This document shows positions 59,699 to 64,000 of a DNA stretch of 64,000 nucleotides, in pieces. The stretch is from Eledone cirrhosa (Eukaryota): contig OZ024749.1 in NCBI GenBank assembly GCA_964016885.1, positions 51,522,001 through 51,586,000 on the forward strand. The letters run 5' to 3'. Both the position numbers and the translations under genes were made by a program. The notes under the pieces were generated by a model. The model had not been told where the DNA came from, made no database searches, and saw nothing but the letters and a program-made list of their open reading frames with translations. How positions within the stretch are numbered: position 1 is the first letter of the stretch; every line of letters starts with the position of its first letter.

Positions 59699-62600
59699 AT
59701 GTTGATTCTAAAGGCAACTCGTTGCCTTTGTAGGCGAACCAGCTTTAATTTCATATTCAAACCTGCTCAGGTATGTAATGTATATTAATGTTAAGATTTC
59801 TGACGAGAAATGTAAAATTAAATCCCGGCGGCGAGTAGATTCCGTGATACGGTTTCAATTTTTTGGTTTAATTAATACCACATAGACCACTAATTATTTT
59901 GGGAAAGGCATGAACATCACCACATCCCATTGTCTTCATCTATAGAAATAAAGGACCAATCTGTTTTCGTATTAAAAGATCTAGAAATATATATATATAT
60001 AATCGGGATGGATTCCGTTTGAAACTGGTTAGACCACTCAACAGAGTACTCGATACTTGGGGTAGTAGAGTATGGTTATATTGTAAGGAGTCAGGAACCC
60101 GACGGCTGACCTCTCGCCCTTTTAACAGCTAGTTCCAGACTATAATGTATATATATACATTATATTATTTATTTCTTAAATTTTTATTATGAAAAGTTTA
60201 CCTTCTTGATATTATATTAGGTATAAAGCCTCAAGTATTTATAAAGGATAGAAGGTTAGATCGTGTGGTGTTCATGCCTTTTTTCAAGGACATTTGTGAT
60301 TTAATTCAAAGTATTTACACAAACAAAATTAGGAGCCAGATTACGGAAGCAGCTGTGGTGTTCACCTTAGACATTCATTGCTGTTATGTTTATATGTATT
60401 ACACCATATACGTTATAGAATTATATATTTACCCTCTAAATAAATATTCGATAATGCTTATATCTTTATATATCTATATATGGTGTAATTTCGTAGTTTA
60501 AAACACTTTAATCGTTTCATGCTTCGGTTTGTGTGTTTAAATTACGTAATCAACCATTTCCACTTTCCTAAACAAGGATGGAGAGCATGAACTGTCAGCT
60601 TCCTTAGTTTTAGATATTATACTTATTTTTCTTTAAATTTTTCAATTAAAAAATGATAATATTTAAATGAAACAACAAAAAAGGAAAGGGAAAGAAAAGA
60701 AAGAGGATTAAGCAACGAAGGAAAGAGGGAGAAGGAGTGAGGGACAGACTCTACATCCAAGTCTGTGTGGTGATTCGGCTGTGCCCTCGTAGACAGAATG
60801 TCAACGGCATTGCCACGGAGAATGGCCAGCATCACTCACTGCAACAGCCACCCCCGCCTCACGGAGCTCCTTCTTCGGGCAGGATGCCGTCTTACCGATT
60901 TTGCGGAGACCTAGAACACCAGAGATCTCGACGGAGACCGGTACGAAAATGAAGCGGTCGGTGAAGCTCTGGTATTTCACTTCTGGCCGAGGCTATCTCT
61001 TTCTCTCCAGGTCTGAACACAGCCAATTTCTTAGGGCCTCAGCAGGTAAAAGGCTGGTCTTTGTGGCTTTGTGCCAGTGTTATATAAAAAAAAAAATATT
61101 TTGTGTATTTATATCAACATGTGTTTTATAACATTTTCTCCTGTGTCTTTCCAGCTATGGCCATTATCTGATGCTGTTAAATTATACTCCTCTAAACCTA
61201 CTGCGGTATGTTATTACATTATATTATATTATATTTTAATATTTTTCTTTATTCTTCTATTATGACAGACCGCACAAGTTTTATTTTTATGTCGTTACAT
61301 TACTGTTACTGTTGCAGTTGTTTTATCAGTGGAACTACACCCACATATACATTGCATTATAACGTGGTTGGTGCCATGATAAAATACACTCGGTAAGAGC
61401 TTGGGAACACATGTAAATAAGGTGCAGGCCTTCAGTCCATCTGAGAGAACAGTAGTTCTGCTTCAGTACTGACTCAGTCTGTGAAGACCTAGTCAACCTT
61501 TGCTAGCAGGGAAGACGGACATTAGATGATGATGGCTGAGTATTCCATAAAAACTTATACCCTTAACACAATCCTCAGATAAACTTTGTATAATTTGGGC
61601 TCAATTCCTAGACTGTGTTGTGTTCTTGAACAAAACACTTCATTCCACGTTGCTCCAGTATACTCAGCTGAAAATGGGTACTGCTAATAGCTGCGAATTT
61701 AATTCTGTAATGGACTGGCGTCCTTTCCAGGGAGGAGTCTTGTACTCTTAGTCACTTAATGCCATGGAAACCAAGATAACCACCCACGCAAACATGGAAA
61801 ATGGATGTTAAATGAGGATGATGATGATGATGATAATGACACATAGTGATATGATGTACCTGTTCTAAACTGGATACACACAACCTTATCTCGGAAACAA
61901 AATCAGTCTGACAAGCAATTACCCCTTCAGTTAACAATAAATAAAAAGGCTTTACTTTTGCTGTACCCTGTATTTCCTGGAGGATATTTCTAAACCTTTC
62001 TCACTTATCTCTTCAACATTGTAAATCTTAGCAGTTAATCCATGCAAGACTATTTATTTATCTATTGTAGGAAACTATGGATTTGGAATGCATCCGTAAC
62101 ATTGGTATATCAGCACATATTGATTCAGGAAAGACGACTTTAACTGAGAGAATACTTTTCTATACAGGAAAACTCAATGAAATGCACGAGGTAAAGAAGC
62201 AAGGAATATATTTTTTCTTTTTATACAGAATGTTAACTGTTTTGATACCAACCTACTCGAAACTGCCTCTGTTTCTGTGAAACAAAATCACCCATATTAA
62301 ATGGTTCCTATCTAAATTAACTTGTTAACATTTACATTGCTCTATATATATTATTGTATTTTTGTGGTAAAGGCTTTACCCCACATAATTATCTCACATG
62401 ATATTGAATCTATGAGATTTTGATATTATTTATTTTGAGAACAATACCTTAACGTCAGTATGCATGGCCAGTTGTGGCTGGTTTGAACAGAAAGGTGTGA
62501 GAGAATTCTGGCCGGATATGGTCAGTTTAAATGTTAAAGGGTTCAAACTTTTATATGTGAGGGTCAGCTGAAAGATTCATAGGCTGACCAAGATGAGGAA

Positions 62601-63034
62601 GGATGGGTAAACTTTTTTTTTTTCTAAAACTTCTATATTTCTGTTTTATTTAGGTGAAAGGAAAAGACCATGTAGGGGCAAAAATGGATTTTATGGAGCT
62701 TGAACGACAGAGGGGCATCACCATTCAGTCTGCTGCTACCTATACTATCTGGAAAGGTACTAACATAAACATTATTGACACACCTGGTAAGTTGAAATAA
62801 CTATATCTAATATATTGATTTCTAATTTAGACAAGGCCAGTAAATGTTTTTTTTGGAGGGAGGGCAGAGAGTTGATTGAATCAACCCCAGTATTTGACTG
62901 GTACTTTATTTTATTAAGCCTCGGAAGGATGAAAGACATATATATACATATTTATATATATATGTGTGTGTGTGTGTGTAGGTATATATACATATGTGTG
63001 TGTCAGCATATATGTAGGTATATATATATATATG

Positions 63035-63066
<32 letters not shown>

Positions 63067-63956
63067 TATGCATGGTCGGGTCGTCGGCGACTAAACCGGC
63101 AATCCCACCAAGTTTACTTGGTGAGGAGGGTTATTTTGGACACCCTGCAGGACAAAAAACAAAACCTGACAAAGGGCGGAAGATCTCATAAGAGTCAACG
63201 GCCATCCAAAAGTGTGTAAATATGTATATAAACATGTACATATGTATGTATATGTGTATATGCATGGGTGCATGTGTATGTACATGCGCGGGGACATAGA
63301 AATAATCGGGCTGGACACCCGATCGCGTGGTTAAACCACTGGGAGTGAAGGACCCCTAGCCTTTGTCAGGGCATTCTTCTAGGAGAAGGCAACTCGGGAA
63401 ACTGGGATAACTCCGATATAAAACCTGCGGCTCAGTAGTTACCGATGATGTTGATATTTTCTTCTTTTCGGGTTATAGCTACTGTCGCTCAGAGAGTGGG
63501 ATTGGCTCAGTGCACAGTCTTTCCTCATTTAAAAAAATATCTTCATGCACAGGCATTGCACGATAGAATTAATAAATAATTATTAATAATGGTATATCGT
63601 GCAATGGCCATACTCGATAACGAGGGGGCAGCCATCATGTATGTATATATATATGTTTGCTGCATCTGAGAGAGATATAAAGATTTTGATTTTAAAACAT
63701 AATGGAATTGTGGTTTTGAAAGTAATTTACTTTTTGTCTTTTCTAAAACAGGTCATGTTGATTTTACTGTTGAGGTGGAGCGAGCCCTTCGTGTCCTTGA
63801 TGGAGCAATCCTTGTTCTGTGTGCAGTAGGAGGGGTTCAAAGCCAAACTCTCACAGTCGATCGTCAAATGAAACGCTACATGGTACCATGTATCACATTC
63901 ATCAACAAGTTAGATCGTATGGGAGCCAACCCCTACAGAGTCCTCTCACAACTTAG
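59699..63956 (+). CDS. GFM1: Mitochondrial elongation factor G1, first five exons (continues beyond window)
   Basis: Exons 59699-59770 ([16 protein letters not shown].., presequence-like), 61155-61205, 62071-62190 ([26 protein letters not shown]), 62654-62786 ([24 protein letters not shown]), 63752-63956 ([29 protein letters not shown]). G1-G4 GTPase motifs; phases consistent. Exons 1-2 are less certain than 3-5. Confidence 0.93.
60735..61030 (+). mobile_element. GC-rich L1/Tx1-like LINE 3' fragment in GFM1 intron 1
   Basis: [22 protein letters not shown] resembles a decayed CCHC zf-RVT region; tail CTCCAGGTCTGAACACAGCC also at ~42440 and 42835. Confidence 0.45.
63073..63565 (+). mobile_element. 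GC-rich, structured retroelement (RTE-like) 5'UTR fragment in GFM1 intron 4
   Basis: Starts directly after (TATG)n, retains CpG, contains GGAGAAGGCAACTC..AAACC typical of RTE 5'UTRs and several hairpins; interrupted by a TA/TG-rich repeat. Confidence 0.5.
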
Positions 63957-64000
63957 GTAAATCTTTGAGATCCTACCTATTTGGTCTCATCATTATCATC

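Noticed and set aside
59795-59825. GATTT-CTGACGA-GAAA..AAATC hammerhead-like string in GFM1 intron 1
   Set aside because: Stem II is absent; likely chance in AT-rich DNA.

Overview
AT-rich, microsatellite- and SINE-dense animal genomic DNA with spliceosomal introns. The repeat families look like those of octopod cephalopods (inference). Six protein-coding genes can be reconstructed by hand from GT-AG junctions and reading phase: ZNFX1-like SF1 RNA helicase (-, one 3.7-kb exon, C-terminus not in window), intronless SARAF/TMEM66 (-), ciliary TMEM216 (-, 5 exons, 144 aa), SND1/Tudor-SN (+, 22 exons, 895 aa), a two-SH3 Dlish/Vamana-like adaptor (-, 2 exons, 217 aa) and the first 5 exons of mitochondrial EF-G1/GFM1 (+). 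The rest is RTE/CR1/Tx1-like LINE fragments, SINEs, hAT/piggyBac/mariner MITEs and simple repeats. The most striking unannotated signal is a set of minimal type-I hammerhead ribozyme motifs (stem I-CUGANGA-stem II-GAAA-short stem III-NUH-stem I'), with a compensatory stem-I change between copies. They are probably Penelope-like retroelement remnants. They cluster at 11.6-12.1 kb and 17.5-18.4 kb, in the two spacers between the tandem minus-strand genes TMEM216->SARAF->ZNFX1, often inside long palindromes. All analysis was by eye; repeat boundaries are approximate and no database searches were run.
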